Assembly (NCBI GenBank): GCA_036172245.1
Contig: JAYWIR010000034.1
Coordinates: 2,170,001 to 2,234,000, forward strand
Length of the DNA stretch: 64,000 bases
Source of the DNA: Raillietiella orientalis
Taxonomy: Eukaryota
Direction of reading: 5' to 3'
This document shows positions 1-12,550 of this stretch, piece by piece. The notes beneath the pieces are model-generated. The model saw only the letters and a program-made list of their open reading frames with translations, made no database searches and was not told where the DNA came from. The stretch's first letter is position 1; the number at the start of each line of letters is the position of its first letter. A program made the translations under genes and the position numbers.

Positions 1-830
1 GCCCCCTCAAGAACTTGTGGTTCTTCCCCATTGTTTCGATACTTCGGTGTTTCCCATCTCCTGAAAACAGGCCGTACTTCTCTCCCTTCACTGGGGATTC
101 CGGTGCAATCAGTGGAGGCACCGAGTTTCCGTGGGAATTGCATCCCCGAACAATGCGAGGTGCGGGTCGACGGAGTCGATTCCGCCCCACCTGCTTTGGA
201 ACTGCGGTACCCTCCAGGAACTATGGCGGAGGCAGGTATCAGCGCTCTTGCACCAGGAGGGCACCGCCCGAGATGCGTCGATTCTCCGTGCCGGGAGGAC
301 TCTCGACGGTCGCAAACCATGGGTTGCATCCGTGCCATCCTCAAGACCCGCCATGTGCTCGAGACGACCGCCAAGCAGCGAAGGGAGGTCGCCGGGATGG
401 AAGCCGCCTACACGAGGACGGCTGAGAGCTGGCCTCACCTGGAAGAAGGAACGGAGGAGATCTCCGGCATCCACAGCCGGCTGATGAACAGATGAAAACG
501 ACGAACCCTGGTGACCCTTGACCCTCCCACGTTTTATTTATTAATTTTTTTCATTCATTTCTCATCCGCGTTTGCTCCGTTACTTTCCCGGTGCTTTTGT
601 TTTTATCCCGGTTCCTGACGGAGCGAAGTCAAAGATCCATGCCCCATCCCACCCCGTCCATTTTTTTTGGTTGTCCCCCGATCCTTTCCACTGTTCCGAA
701 CTTCCGTTATCCCGGCCTGCGTGCCAATGGACCCTCCTCCCATTTATTTCTTTTGTCGTCGGTTGGGAACTTTGTTCCCAACTGATCTATTTTATATAAA
801 ATAAACGCCTCGGCGTGACCGGTGGGAAAC
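1..830 (+). mobile_element. 3' end of decayed Tx1/L1-like non-LTR retrotransposon
   Basis: RCGSTESIPPHLLWNCGTLQELW (~155-230) resembles the ORF2 C-terminal C-H-C zinc finger. It is followed by a T-rich 3' UTR and AATAAA at ~799. The UTR end is homologous to 62068-62210 (minus). Confidence 0.6.
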
Positions 831-949
831 GTGCAAGAGGATCCACGCTTTGAGAATAGAAATGCATCGATGGGTTTGGAGTACTCGCGCAGGCGGAAAC
901 TTCAACTTTCTTCAGCTCCACCTCCGTCAAAGTTTCCGCATCTTCCACC

Positions 950-1700
950 TGTAATACTCTGAAGTCTCCCGTTGTGTTCAAACTCTGAAGTCTCTTGTAC
1001 CACTGACGCCGGATGCGGGCTGCTCTTGATTCCCTTAATCGCTTTCCTTTTTCGTAAGGAGCATTTTCCATACCTGAAAAAAAAAACACTCTCAAAAAAA
1101 CAAATTTCCTCTTCACACACAACAAAAATGGACATTTGTAGAGAAGGCGTCTGCAGAAAAGCCTGGAGAGTAGTTGCCAAACCATCTGCAAGCAGATCCG
1201 TGTTTATCACTCATGAGAAAAACAGCCACTATACTCTGCAGTCTCCTTGTGAAAAATCTTTTCAAAGTGCTTTCTTGGATGTCTCGCAGCAGCGCAGGGA
1301 GTTTGCAAATGGCACTAAGCGGTAGGAAACAGCTGTTTGCAGTTCCAAAGACCACGTCGTCCACTCCTTCTGGACGGGAGCAAGCCACAAGCCGAACTTT
1401 CCAAAGTCTCGTTTGTATAATGCAGCTCCATTCTATCCACAAGCGCTCTTTCGCTCTGCTTTGTAAATCATGCGTTCCGTGCTGCCCTCTGCCTGTGGTT
1501 AGTGAATCCGCAATGGAATGGCTTCTTCCCAGGTACTTGCGTGGCGTAATCTCGGCGTTCTTCAACGCGTCCCAGACCTTTTCAGTCCTGTCTGGAATGC
1601 ACCATCCAGTTGTGATTCATGATGGCTTCACCAACAACTTATTCTTGCAGGAGCCATTTTCTTCGGCTATCTTGAAATCATGAGAAGTCTTAAGCACCGT
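950..1700 (-). mobile_element. Decayed RT fragment, possibly RTE-like LINE
   Basis: EKVWDALKNAEITPRKYL resembles the LW-AL-GI-KY segment after KAFD. GVDDVV lies at YADD-like spacing. Very degenerate. Confidence 0.35.
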
Positions 1701-2049
1701 GAAACATTTCACCAATCCAGGCTTCCGGATCTCATCCTTCGCAATTCCGGGGACCTAAACCTATCCAATCGTGGTTTAATACCATTAGGTTCCTTTGACC
1801 AAACTCTAGTCTTTCATTCAATTTCCATCTACTTAAGAGCCTATGTTACCACTAAGCGGAGTTTCCGATGTGAGCAATTTTTCCGGAGAGCGATGAAAAT
1901 GACGCCTCCTCAGCTCCGGAAAACCAGGATGCAGAATTATTTGTCTTTTCCGCGGAGGAAAGGGGTTCTCTTCTATACACTAAACAAGGAAGGAGGGGGG
2001 AATATTCAAGCAACGTGCTGAAGACAGTGCTGAGGAATATCTTGAAAAA

Positions 2050-4230
2050 AAAAAAAAATTCTAATGAGCAACTGTTCTCTGACAGATAAGTCGCTCCACA
2101 AGTTTCGAATCGTCTTTGCTCAGGAGCGGTTTTCTCCGCGTGCGTCTCGTACTTCCTCCCAAGGAGAAAAATGCGAACTTTTCAGGGTTCCGTTACTCCC
2201 CGTGAGCTCCTCCCCTCCCTTCCGCATCCTCTTTCCCCTACTTCTCCTAGATGCGGATGAAAGTTCCTTGCAGCCGAACTTACCTGCTTCTGTTTCTGAA
2301 TCCCGATATGAATCTGCATGCACTTCTCCTTTTCTCCCCTTTCGCAGTGAGTGCACTGCGACCTCATCCAAAGCCAAAGAGTTTAGGCGGGTTGCTCTTC
2401 GTCTTCTGCAACGGTGCGCACCTTTACGTCTGGTCACGGAGCAAGCGGAAGAATCTTCCAGGAAGCGTCCTGCTCAGAGAGGCGATAGCGGCACCACGTA
2501 GAGGTTGGGTCCACGTTCTTTTTCTCTCCCCAAAAATTGCCCACAAGTGGCTGGAGTCTGGCATGAGCCACGTGGATGCATTCCCTTCCTTGGTTCGCGA
2601 AGTGCTGCAGCACCGCTCTCCTGGGGTCTCACGGAGTTCTTTGACACTGTTTCAAATCCTTGACCGGAAGGGCTTAGTCTCAAAAGATTGCAGTGTGGCT
2701 GGTAACTGCTCTACCAATCACAACACCCCGGTCGCTGCGTGAGTCTCCCACAGACGATCTGACACCTCCATGTTCGCCATGCTGGGTGCGATCCGGGTGA
2801 CAGAAACGCGCGCATCCTCGGGCGGGGTCGTACCACGCGGACGCTCTGCTGAGCGAGGTTTTCCGCTTGCCCGGGGCTCGACGGCGGCGGCGGGACACGT
2901 CCCTGGAGAACGGAAGAAACATCCCGGTGCACGGCTTACCTGCCCGCCCGATGTCGGGCTCAAGATGGTGTCGTCAATCTCGACGAGGGCGGATTCCGCC
3001 TCAGGGGCGTTCGGGCATGGTCCAGCGGAAGGCGGCTTCGCTCCGTTGGCCGTTCGACCTAGGAGGTGTACGAAATGTCCAAACCTATGTTTCCATAGCA
3101 CCAACCACTCACCATGAGGATAAAACGAACCTGCCTCGGTCCAAACCTGTTCCACACCACTCGAGGGTACGTGCTGACTCTTCAAGACAGAGGAGGGCGG
3201 TACCCCCGGAGGGGAGGACCCTGTAAATTCAGGAAGACTCCTAAGGGAGGAGTCCGTTTCCTCTCTTACGCTTGGTAGGAAACCCCATGGTTCATGGGGG
3301 CCTCTCCTTCTTTTCCTTCTCCCGAGGGAACTCTCGCAAGATGAACCGCTCCTTGTCTACCCCTCTGAAGAGAACCCCGAAGGGATGAGGGATGCTTCAC
3401 CAAATTTCTCTGGAAGGGGTGCTCCCGAGGGTAGCAGCACCCTTCCTGCACTCCGGCGAGGTAGCCCCCCGAGGGCGGTATCAACCCAGCTCCATGTAAC
3501 GGCTCCGTTTTCTCAGCCGAGGAGGGACCCCAAACGGCTCCTTGATGTCCTCGAAGGACCCTGTAGGCTCAGCTCCCAATCCCGGCCACTCCCCCAGACG
3601 GGATTCGAACCCGAAACGCCTGATTCCCCGCGAGCGAAGAGACCGCAGCTGTCTGGTCGTCAACGCGGGTGTTATCTGATAGCGGGGTATCTGCTAACCG
3701 GGAAGCAAGTGCGTTCCTCATCGGTGAAAGCCCTCCGGGAAGGAGGAGATTCCTCTGTGCTCCCCTTCCTCCTCCCTTTACCCCTTTCGATAGATCTTGG
3801 AACTGTCTTCGAATTTCTTCGAAGGAACGCATCTCCGCGCTGGGCCAAACAGGTGGGAGTCTGTCCAAGAGCCAATGCGGACTTTATGGTCCGGAGTCCC
3901 CGCATCGTGCGCAAGTTTTGCAGCGGTTCCTGATGTCCGTCGGCCGGCGCGACCCAGCGCCGCGCTTTTCTTGTAAGGGGGTGGACGCTGTGAGTTCCCA
4001 GCTCTTACTGGGCTCGCTCCAAGGGCCCACGGTGTGTCTCCATTGTACAGACCTCGGAGTTTGTGGGCACTCCCTTTTCCATGATATCGGACATCACCAC
4101 TGCCACCACTCCTCTTATGTTCGGAAAGAGTTGCCGCAGTTTCCGCCGCCGGGGAGGCTCTTTCGATTTCTTTTGCAGTAGCATCACGTAGTGTCACCCC
4201 ATGGGCTTCCGCTTCAGTAAGCATTATCAT
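2050..4230 (-). mobile_element. Decayed Tx1/L1-like endonuclease and linker region
   Basis: TMRGLRT (NVRGL-like), AAVSSLAGNQAFRVRIPSGG and SDRGVV (SDH-like) occur in order. 3590-3670 is homologous at DNA level to 41280-41360. Confidence 0.45.
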
Positions 4231-4379
4231 CCAGGAGCTCGTGAAGATCTTCCTCGGCCTCCTCTACTGCCGCGGGCTCGCTGACAGTTCAATTAGTGAT
4301 GAGATTCGGCACCAGGAGCCGCTTTAAGCGCTGGCTGTACTCGTTACATCTGGTGGGAATTGCGGCAACCTAATCCTCT

Positions 4380-7300
4380 GATGGAGAAGCGTTGAAAAAA
4401 TGCCCCAAATTTCGCTGCTTGTCGATGATTCCCCCCCCCCCCCCTTTTCCAGAGGTGATCGCGGAAGAGCGAGATGCCAAAAGGGAAGAAGAAAAGAAAA
4501 AAGAGGAATCTAGTGATCTCTGTTTCTTATCTTTTGTTTTCCAAGCTTGAGAGAATAAGCATAGATGAACACATAACGCACTTGCCTCAGAGAGAAAGAC
4601 AATCGAGATTATGTTATGGGAGAAGAAAAGTGCTGCAGAAGAAAAGTGCAAGCAGTTTCGAGTGAGATTATAAACCTATCTTCCTGCTTTTATGTGGAGG
4701 AGATCAGAAGCCACCAGGGCACGGAGATAAACTGTAAAAGCATCCCGCTCTGCGCTCTTCTGTGTCAACATCGGAGGGATTTTTTGCTCCCGCTGTCTCG
4801 AGGTGATGTGCCATGACGACCATGACGCTGCATTACAATCCCAATGGCAGCAGCTTGTAATGAGCAGCTCCTTCGTGCAGGGAGAACAGTGGTTCTCGGT
4901 TCGAGAGCGGCAACAGCCGACGGGACGATTCCGACGGAGAGACGTCCACGAAAAAGAGCGTTCTTGGATGCCACAAAATTCTGGGAACTTCTGGGAAGAA
5001 GCGTGGGTGCGGTCCCCGGACATGCGGCAAGGGAGCCCTCGAGCCGGCTCCGCAGCCATGAGAGGTCAGAACCAAGGGAAAGCTAGAAGGAGAGCGATGC
5101 ATTCCACTCTTGCGGGAATCGGACAGTAAGTCGGTAGGAGATTCAAAATAGGAGGTTCCCAGTTAACAGCTGAATCCTGTGAAGGAAGATGGCCTCAAGT
5201 CACAACTGCAGGAATTCCTTCCAGAATGTGTCACGCCAACGCACGCGGGCGTCGCGAGCCTCCTCGTCGGAGCAGGGATGCAAATCCATAACCAGGGCAA
5301 CCCGCTCCCGCACTGAATCCAGACGTGAGAGCAGAAAACTTTCGTAGTGGCCAACAACGCAAAAGCACGGGGACAATCCAACCTCCCTTCCGCAGAGAAC
5401 TGGCATGGACTAAGGTCAGCAGCAGTGGATGAGAGTTTTGGTGCTCTGCTAGCGACGCGACCAGGGGGTCATGTGAAAGGCAGCGGACCCAGCGAGCGGC
5501 TCACGCGACAAAAGGAGAGGGAAATCCAGCAACCCTGACACCGATCGCTTGTCTCTGACAACCACGGAGCGTCTGGATCTCGTCTGGCAGTGTCCGGCGG
5601 TAGAAGACACGCCGGTGACTGATCATATGGGTCAGGCACGCAACTCACACACGAGGCACCAGCCAATGGGCACGTGTCCAACTGGAGCACTTCGACGTTT
5701 CGCCAGCACGGCGCTCTGCTGCCACTGTTTGCCTATTGGAGTCCACACTTGGGGTCTCTGGGGTGCGCTTCCCACCCAGGTGTGATCGTCGACCTTCAAG
5801 ATACGCTGATGCTGCAATTCTCGTTTCTCTAGGAAAAAGCTCGCCTCCGTTGCTTAGGTGCCCACAGTTGCATCCACTGGAAAACCGCCCACGACTACCA
5901 CCTTCGCTCATCCCTCGCTCCGCAAAACGTGCCACCGCGGTTTCCACGCCGACCTGACAAAAAATCTCGAAGATGGGGCCGACCTTTGGACGCCTTCGAT
6001 CTGGATCATCTCCTCACTCGGATCTACATAGGGAGAGAACCCTTCGGGAACCAGTCGGCCAGCATCCTGCCGCCACCTGCGTCCAGGAGCAGCGAACGGC
6101 CAGAACCCGCTTCCTGGAGCTTTCGTCGTTTAGCGATGGAAGCGGCTGCGGCAAACGGGGCGAGGAACACCTAGGATATTTCCATCACTGGCGCTGTCCT
6201 ACTTCTTTGCTTCATTCTGGCTCCTCTCATGCAGACGCTCGCGATGAAGAAGCCAACTGTAACTTCCACCAGGGGAACGCTGCTGTTCCCTCCAGGGCTT
6301 CCATTCTTGCACTCGTCTGCCGACCCATCACCTCCTTCAGCGCTGTCCAGTCTAAGCACAGCGTCGGGCAGGTTGATCTGGGCTTCGCCCGCCCCCACGC
6401 ACTGTGCAGAACCCGCACTGGATGTCTTTCTGCCCAGTATTTGACGCCCGGTCCGCTCAGGGCTCCTCCGTGGTATAAAACACGAGAAGGTTGCCCTGGT
6501 GTTCGGTCTGGGTGTTCAGTGGGAGGTCGTTCTAACAACCGCTCGCAAGTTCACGTTAGAGATGGCGACCATGGAGGGATTTTTTCTTTTTTTGAGGTGG
6601 TGGCAGTGATGAATTCGCGAACCTTTGGTGAGTGACCGGAGGTGCCGAGGAGCCAATCAGGGATCGAGAGGGAGAGGCAAGCGCACGCGACTGTAAGCAC
6701 GGAGGAGCACCCTGGAGAACGGTTTTCCTCTTCAAAGCTTCCGGGGATCCTGGATTGCCCGAAGAATTCTCCTCGTGCGCTGCCGTCAGATCCCAGCGAC
6801 CCCTCGGGATCTGTGCGCGGCGACGTCAGTCTAGAGTACGGCGATGGCGGAGGTGGACGCAATGCCTCAAGCGGACGAGGAGCGATGGCGCAGGAGCTGG
6901 GATGCCCCTGCCACGCCGCACGTCTGGATTGGCCACCCAGACCACTCCGGGATGATGCCACCTGCGCCCTCGCATCTCCAGCAGGATCCCTGCCAGTCCG
7001 CGAGCAATGCGCGCTCTTGCGGGACTCGGCCTTCAGGAGGGGTAGGAAGGAACGTGGCAGCGGAAAGGATAGGACGACTGCTAGTCGGCTGCTCCATCGA
7101 GGGAGAGGAGTGGCTCGATAAATCATCAGGCGAAGCGGCGGATGCTCTGCCATTCGCAGGTGCTGTCGTTAAGGAGATTCTTCATGACGGCGGTCTGATG
7201 AATGATGACGAGCGAATGATTTTCGAGAAGTCTGAGGCAGGCGAGAGTGGGGGGTGCACGCGGAGCGGAGGGGTAGGGGTAGAAGGAGAACTGCCCGGGA

Positions 7301-7400
7301 AAGAGCCCTCATTCAGTGCGGCCGGTTGGGCGCGTCTTTCCCTTTGAGCTCTCCTCCAGGTCCTCCCGGCCACTCCAGGGCACTTGTCGCGAGGCTGTGT
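4380..7400 (-). mobile_element. Decayed Tx1/L1-like ORF2 (RT to zinc finger) with T-rich 3' UTR
   Basis: AAWQGHPSS (GVRQGCPLS-like, ~6910), GVKYW (KYLG-like, ~6440) and HCSPCTKELLITSCCHWDC...W (zinc finger, ~4830-4890) occur in the expected order. A T-rich tract follows on the minus strand at ~4480-4510. Confidence 0.55.
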
Positions 7401-8350
7401 GCATCCACAGATAAACAGAAAGGAGGAGAGTCATCCCTCGACACTGGGTTGCTACCCCTACGGCGGTGAGAGTCCCAGAGACGATTCTTGCTTGCTTGCT
7501 AGTAGATTGCTTGAGAGGTCCGCACACGGAAAAAAAGAGGGCAGCTAGGGAGGAGTAAACAAAAAAATAAGTGACGCAACACACGCACACGAGAATCGTA
7601 CTTTGGAACATTGGGGCTGGGGGTGGGAAGCGTGGCCAGGGAAGGGATTTCCGAGACCACTCACCTTGGCGTCCTCTGTATCCTCTGCCAACGACTTCCT
7701 CGTGCCGAGCTAGATGTGGCCATCCAGTGGTCATCCCCACGAGGGAGAAAGTTATCAGGACGGTTGAAGCATTCGCCCGTCTCGGGACGCCACCGGCGAA
7801 AGCGCCGTTCAAGCAGCAATGCGGGGCTGATCCGCCGCGGGCGAAGGGGCGCCTCTCAAGCGCGTCCCGGGACGCGGCCGGATGCTTCCGAGCACCCAGG
7901 AAGGCAGCGACATGGGGGAAGGTGCACGTCTTTCCTGGACCGAAGGCGGCAACGAGCAACGGGATCGCGACGAAGGCAGAAGCGCGTGCGCGTCCGCGGG
8001 AGCTACTGGACGGACCACCGCGCGCGCATCCCTCGCCCCGTCCGTCGCGGTCACTTCCTCCCGCCAAGCGGCGAAAGCTCCAGAAAGCGGGTCCTGGCCG
8101 TTCGCTGTTCCTGGACGCACGTGGCGGCAGGATGCTGACTGACCGGTTCCCGAAGGGCTCTCTCTCCCTGAGTCGATCCGAGCGGGGAGATCGAGGTCGA
8201 AGGCTCCCGAAGGTCGGCCTCATCTTCGAGAGGGTTTTCTGCCAAGTCGGCGTGGGAACCGCGGCAGCACGTTTCGCAGAGCGAGGGATGAGCGAAGGTG
8301 GTCGCGGGCGGTTCCGCAGTGGATGCAACTGTCGGCACCTTAGCAACGGC
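5847..8350. repeat. Inverted repeat pair, arms ~5847-6166 and ~8030-8350
   Basis: Manual alignment of ~320-bp arms, roughly 80-85% identical (e.g. CAGCATCCTGCCGCCAC and CCTTCGCTCATCCCTCGCTC shared). Spacer ~1.9 kb. Confidence 0.9.
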
Positions 8351-8460
8351 GGCACAAGCCCCAGTGGACGCGGTCCACCCAGTCTCCCAGAGATGCGTTT
8401 TCCATCCGCTATCACGAGCGGCATCATCGGCTGTCATCGCCAAGGGCGACCTTTCAGGTA
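7700..8460 (+). mobile_element. Decayed Tx1/L1-like ORF2 post-RT fragment
   Basis: KAATWGK...N...K...LPP...KLQKA...FL...SLSLSRSERGDRGRRLPKV matches the post-RT L-x-L-x(4)-GG-x-G-LP segment. It is an inverted homologue of 5847-6166. Confidence 0.5.
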
Positions 8461-9899
8461 GTTCAGAAGGTTTAGAGTGGTCACCCGGCAGCGAGACGCG
8501 CAGATGGGATAGCGGGGGGAGGCGAGAGAGGAGGACTCGTGCAGCACGAAGAGGCTGCGAGTGGACTTCAGTTCTCCGACCTCGGAGCCAATGTGTTCCG
8601 TCGCCTGCTTCACGAGTGCGCGCCGGTCACGTCACGAGCGGCGGGCGGAAACACGGACTTCCCGCGCGCGGAACCCCGCGATAGGGACCCCGCGATCGGC
8701 TTTCGGTCTTGCCGGGAAGCCCACCCGAAGCCGCGGGGCGGGGTGGTGGAAATGGACGGATGCCGGCGAGAGAGACGCGTCGTTTCAGCAGCCTCGCGCG
8801 TCTCTTCTGCGGGAGGCGGGGCTTTCCTGGAGCTGCTGGCATTCCGGTTCGAAGTCGGAGGCCTCCGTCCTCTGGGTCCGCACGCAGCAATGCGTCTTTG
8901 TCTCTTTCATTTGGCGAATTCCTGCGCCAATAATTTTAGAAATTTTCCAATGCGCATTCCAATGAGCTTCGAGTTCCATTCGAATTTTGGCGTCGGGAGA
9001 TCGCCTTTGTATCCGGGACGCTTCTGGAAACGGTTTTTTTTTTTTTTTCGCAGGAGGGCGCCTGTAAGATGAAGGAATAAAAAAGGGGGAAGGGGGGAAA
9101 GCGACATGAGAAGCGAATCATAGTGACCACAAGAATCCACTTTTCCACAGGAAATGATGTAGCACGCTGTGGGCGTTCGAGATGATTTTTCGCTTCCGGT
9201 TGCACGGCCCCACCTGATCGTCCCTCTTCTCGCGCTGCTCGTGTAGCGCCCGCTGCCCGGTCTCCACGAACCTGCTGCGCCTTATGGCGACTTTCCCCGA
9301 CTGCTCCCGAGGAGGGGAAAACGCCTTAGCGCGCGCTTTCTCGCGCTCGCATCTATCGTGGCGCGGTCCCGCCGTCTGGTTGCCCGCTCTCCGGTTGCCT
9401 GGAGAGCGACACAGGTCTTCGGGAAAGTGTATCGGAGGCTTTGCTTCTTTTTATTTTGTTTTTTTTCTAAGTAGAGGAGCTCATGCAGGCACACGAGAAC
9501 ACGCGCACGTGAGCGCGCGCAAACACACTGCACGGTGTTTTAGTGGAATGAGCTTTCCGCTGCCAGTTTTGGGTGTCCTCGAAAGAGTGCACAGCGAAGT
9601 GACCAATCGAAAAACAAGAGGAAGCGGAGGCAAAAAAGAAAAAAAAAATATGCTTCACGATTTGGGGAATTTTTTCCTCCTTGTAGCTTCAGAAGGAGCA
9701 TCGAAAGAGTGCCGTAAACTTGGAAACGTGGATCGTTCCAGCTTCTGAAACCACGATGACGAGACACGGTGTGGTTCACGACCACTCATTCGACGTGCGT
9801 GAAGGAGACGAGGGAGGCATCTTGCGGACGTCCACTCCGCATCTGAGTTGGTTACTCGCGTGGAGCCCGCAGGTTCGAGCGGACCACGAGCAGCAAAGA

Positions 9900-10560
9900 A
9901 GCGACGCTGCTGCGTCTGCTGGACCAGCAGGCCAGCAGACAAAAAAAAAAGCCGCCGCTCTCGGAATTCAGAAATGACTCCCGTCCGGCGACGACCGGGA
10001 AGGGCAAGCAGGGCTATCCCTGGGTCCGGAGGAAGTGATTCTCGGAGGGAAGTGGAGGGAGCAGAGAACGGTCTGGTGCAGGCACTGTTGGTCAGCTTGT
10101 CGTGAGGGTACTCGCTAATCTCTCCGCGGAGGGGGGAGGGGGGAAGGGACTTCCGAAAGATACCTTGGGGTCACTCGTCTCCCCAAGCAGCCCACGAGGA
10201 TTCGCTTAATTGCGCCGCGTTCCAAAGTGGGTTCCACTCCGCAGGGAGAAAAATTTGAAACTTCAGGGGAGGGAGGCAGCTTTTCATTTCAAGTCGTCGG
10301 GTGGCTGCGGATGAAAGAGCGGCAAGGGGCAATAGGGACCCAAGGGCGTCTCCGGAAGGGAAGGTCAGTCCCCCCCTGCCGGATGCACTCGCAGACGAAA
10401 CCCGGAATTCCGGGGTCTTCAGCAGCCGCCTCTGCTACGGCATGTCTCCTCGAACGAGACCGCACGTCGCAACGGCTCAGGTGGAATTCATTACGCTGAT
10501 GCCTGTTAGGCACCAATCTAATAAGGGCGAAGAGGGTTCGCATGATCCGAGGTGGAAACG
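9900..10560 (+). mobile_element. Possible decayed LINE RT C-terminal fragment
   Basis: ERYLGVT at ~10155 (KYLGV-like); little other support. Confidence 0.28.
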
Positions 10561-11499
10561 GATGCTGTCGTTTTCTGTGATTGCGCTTCTGAGAAAATGG
10601 AATTTTTTTTCTTTTTTTCTCTATCAAGCGCTATCATCACGTCCGGTAACTGGCCATCCTAAGGAGATGGAAGTGATGTTGTCACGGAGGAAGAAAGGAC
10701 ATTTACGATTTCGAATTCACCTTCGTTTTATCAGCGTCCCTATTTTTCCCAGTTCGCTCCAAAGCCCCCCTCCTTCTCTCCTTTTCTCCTCCCCTCCCCC
10801 CCAAAAGCGGGAAAACTTGGAAATGGGGCGGAACGTTCAATTGCCGTCATTCGTGATTCAACTGTTCGTCCTTTGCTTCAAACGCTTGTGGTCTGCGGAA
10901 AGGTCAGCAAGCCTTTCGCTTAGCCAACCGATAGGTCCCCCCATATCTCATGCTTCGCCGGATTATTTTCTTGGCTTAGTTTCGCTTTGCATGCCATTGC
11001 GTGGTTTGCTCCTTGCGTATGTGATTAGACCATTCCAGGAGAGCTTTAACCGTCCTCTTTGTCTCTCTTATCACTCGGAGCCCTAATAATGTTTCTTGCA
11101 CATGGAAATACCCTCTCTTTGAAGGAGCTTTTTTATGTGGGAGTTTTTATTTATTTTCTTTGTCTTTTTGAATACGAAAAAATGCCCCCTCCGCTTCCCC
11201 CCCCCTCATTTCCGAAAATCATCTTCTGCTATGCTTGAGCCCTTCTTGCGCTTGCCGGTCATCAGTTTTTTCTTATGACAATAGAAGATGGTGGCATGTA
11301 ATTCACAAGGACATTAAGCCTGGAACAATCGAGGCTGCATCCGTTTCCCATTTTGCAATGATACGAAATGCGATCCATTCGTGCGCGAATTATCACCTGT
11401 TGTTCTCACATTAATTAAAGATGATCGGGACTCGATTGATTTCTCATTAGAATTCCTGTTCCATTGGGCATATTTAATGCCGTGTTGCTACTTATTCCA

Positions 11500-12550
11500 T
11501 TCATGAAGTCTTTGGGCATGGCAAGCGCAGCCCGGCAACTCTAAATATAATTGATGTTCCCTCTTGCTGTATCTTCGCAGTCATCTTCCCGTTTTGTCTT
11601 CCTCTTCCGCATAAAGGAGAAAATGGGAGCGGCGGGAGCAACAGCTGAAGAGATCCACGCTTTCGCCTCAGAAGACCCGGATGAAGACGCAGCACAATCG
11701 GTGAGGGTAATCCGTTAATTGAGCAAGGAGGGAGGAGCGCGCGAAGTCCATTCGGATCTGGCCGAGTCGCTTCCCGAATTCTGGAACGCTCCTGTTCCTT
11801 CCCATTAGCATCTGCGTGGATAGATGGCCAGCTCGGACGGCGGGGCAAGAGGAAGGTCCGAGAAATCCACAAACCTTTCTCAAGGCCACACTGTGAGCAT
11901 GCGGTGAGGTCCCACAAACGCAATTTGCCGTGCAGATTCGCTGGTGGATTGGAAACTTTCCTTTAGCCAACCCTTCCCTCAATGGAAAGTTCAAAAATTG
12001 GGAGAAAGAACTTTCCATGCTGGCCAATTGAGGCAGAAGGCACACATAGCCTTGGAGCCCACCCTGACCTGTCGACCAGGCGCGCAGCCGTGGGTCTCTC
12101 TTGAAACTGAGGTCGCGTATTTCAGCTCGCTCCGCATGGTTGCCTGCGGAGAACTGGACCAAAGGATTTCTTAATCACTGCTAGGATTGAGCTACTAGCC
12201 ACTGTTAGAACCATCTTATGAATCCTCGTTTACTCCCTGAGCATCGTCGATCTACAAAAGTGGAAGTTTTTTTTCTTCTCGGATTTCGAAAGCCCATTAC
12301 TCCGGGATACATCAGGGAACAGCGACTGTGTCACAAAGGTCATCGAGTGTCCTTCCGGGAATGCTCTTGCAGGCATCGTGATTTGGCAACTTCCGCACGT
12401 GGAGCTCCATGCAGTCTTCATCTTCCCGTCGTCTGGGCCCAGTTTATTCCTGGAATATGGTGTAGCTCTTATCCTCTTTCTACTGGAATTCGTTGCGTGC
12501 AAGGAAGATTCACCACGGTCACCATGGCAACGATGCCGCCGCAGCACGCC
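11500..12550 (-). mobile_element. Possible decayed LINE 3' portion
   Basis: NKLGPDDGKMKTAWSS (YLG-x-x-D-x-K-x-x-W-like) upstream of ACSQCGLEK (zinc-finger-like). Confidence 0.3.

Noticed and set aside
460..500. Hammerhead-ribozyme-like CCGGC...GCCGG-CTGATGA-N6-GAAA
   Set aside because: The cleavage triplet would be TCT (not NUH) and stem III does not pair.
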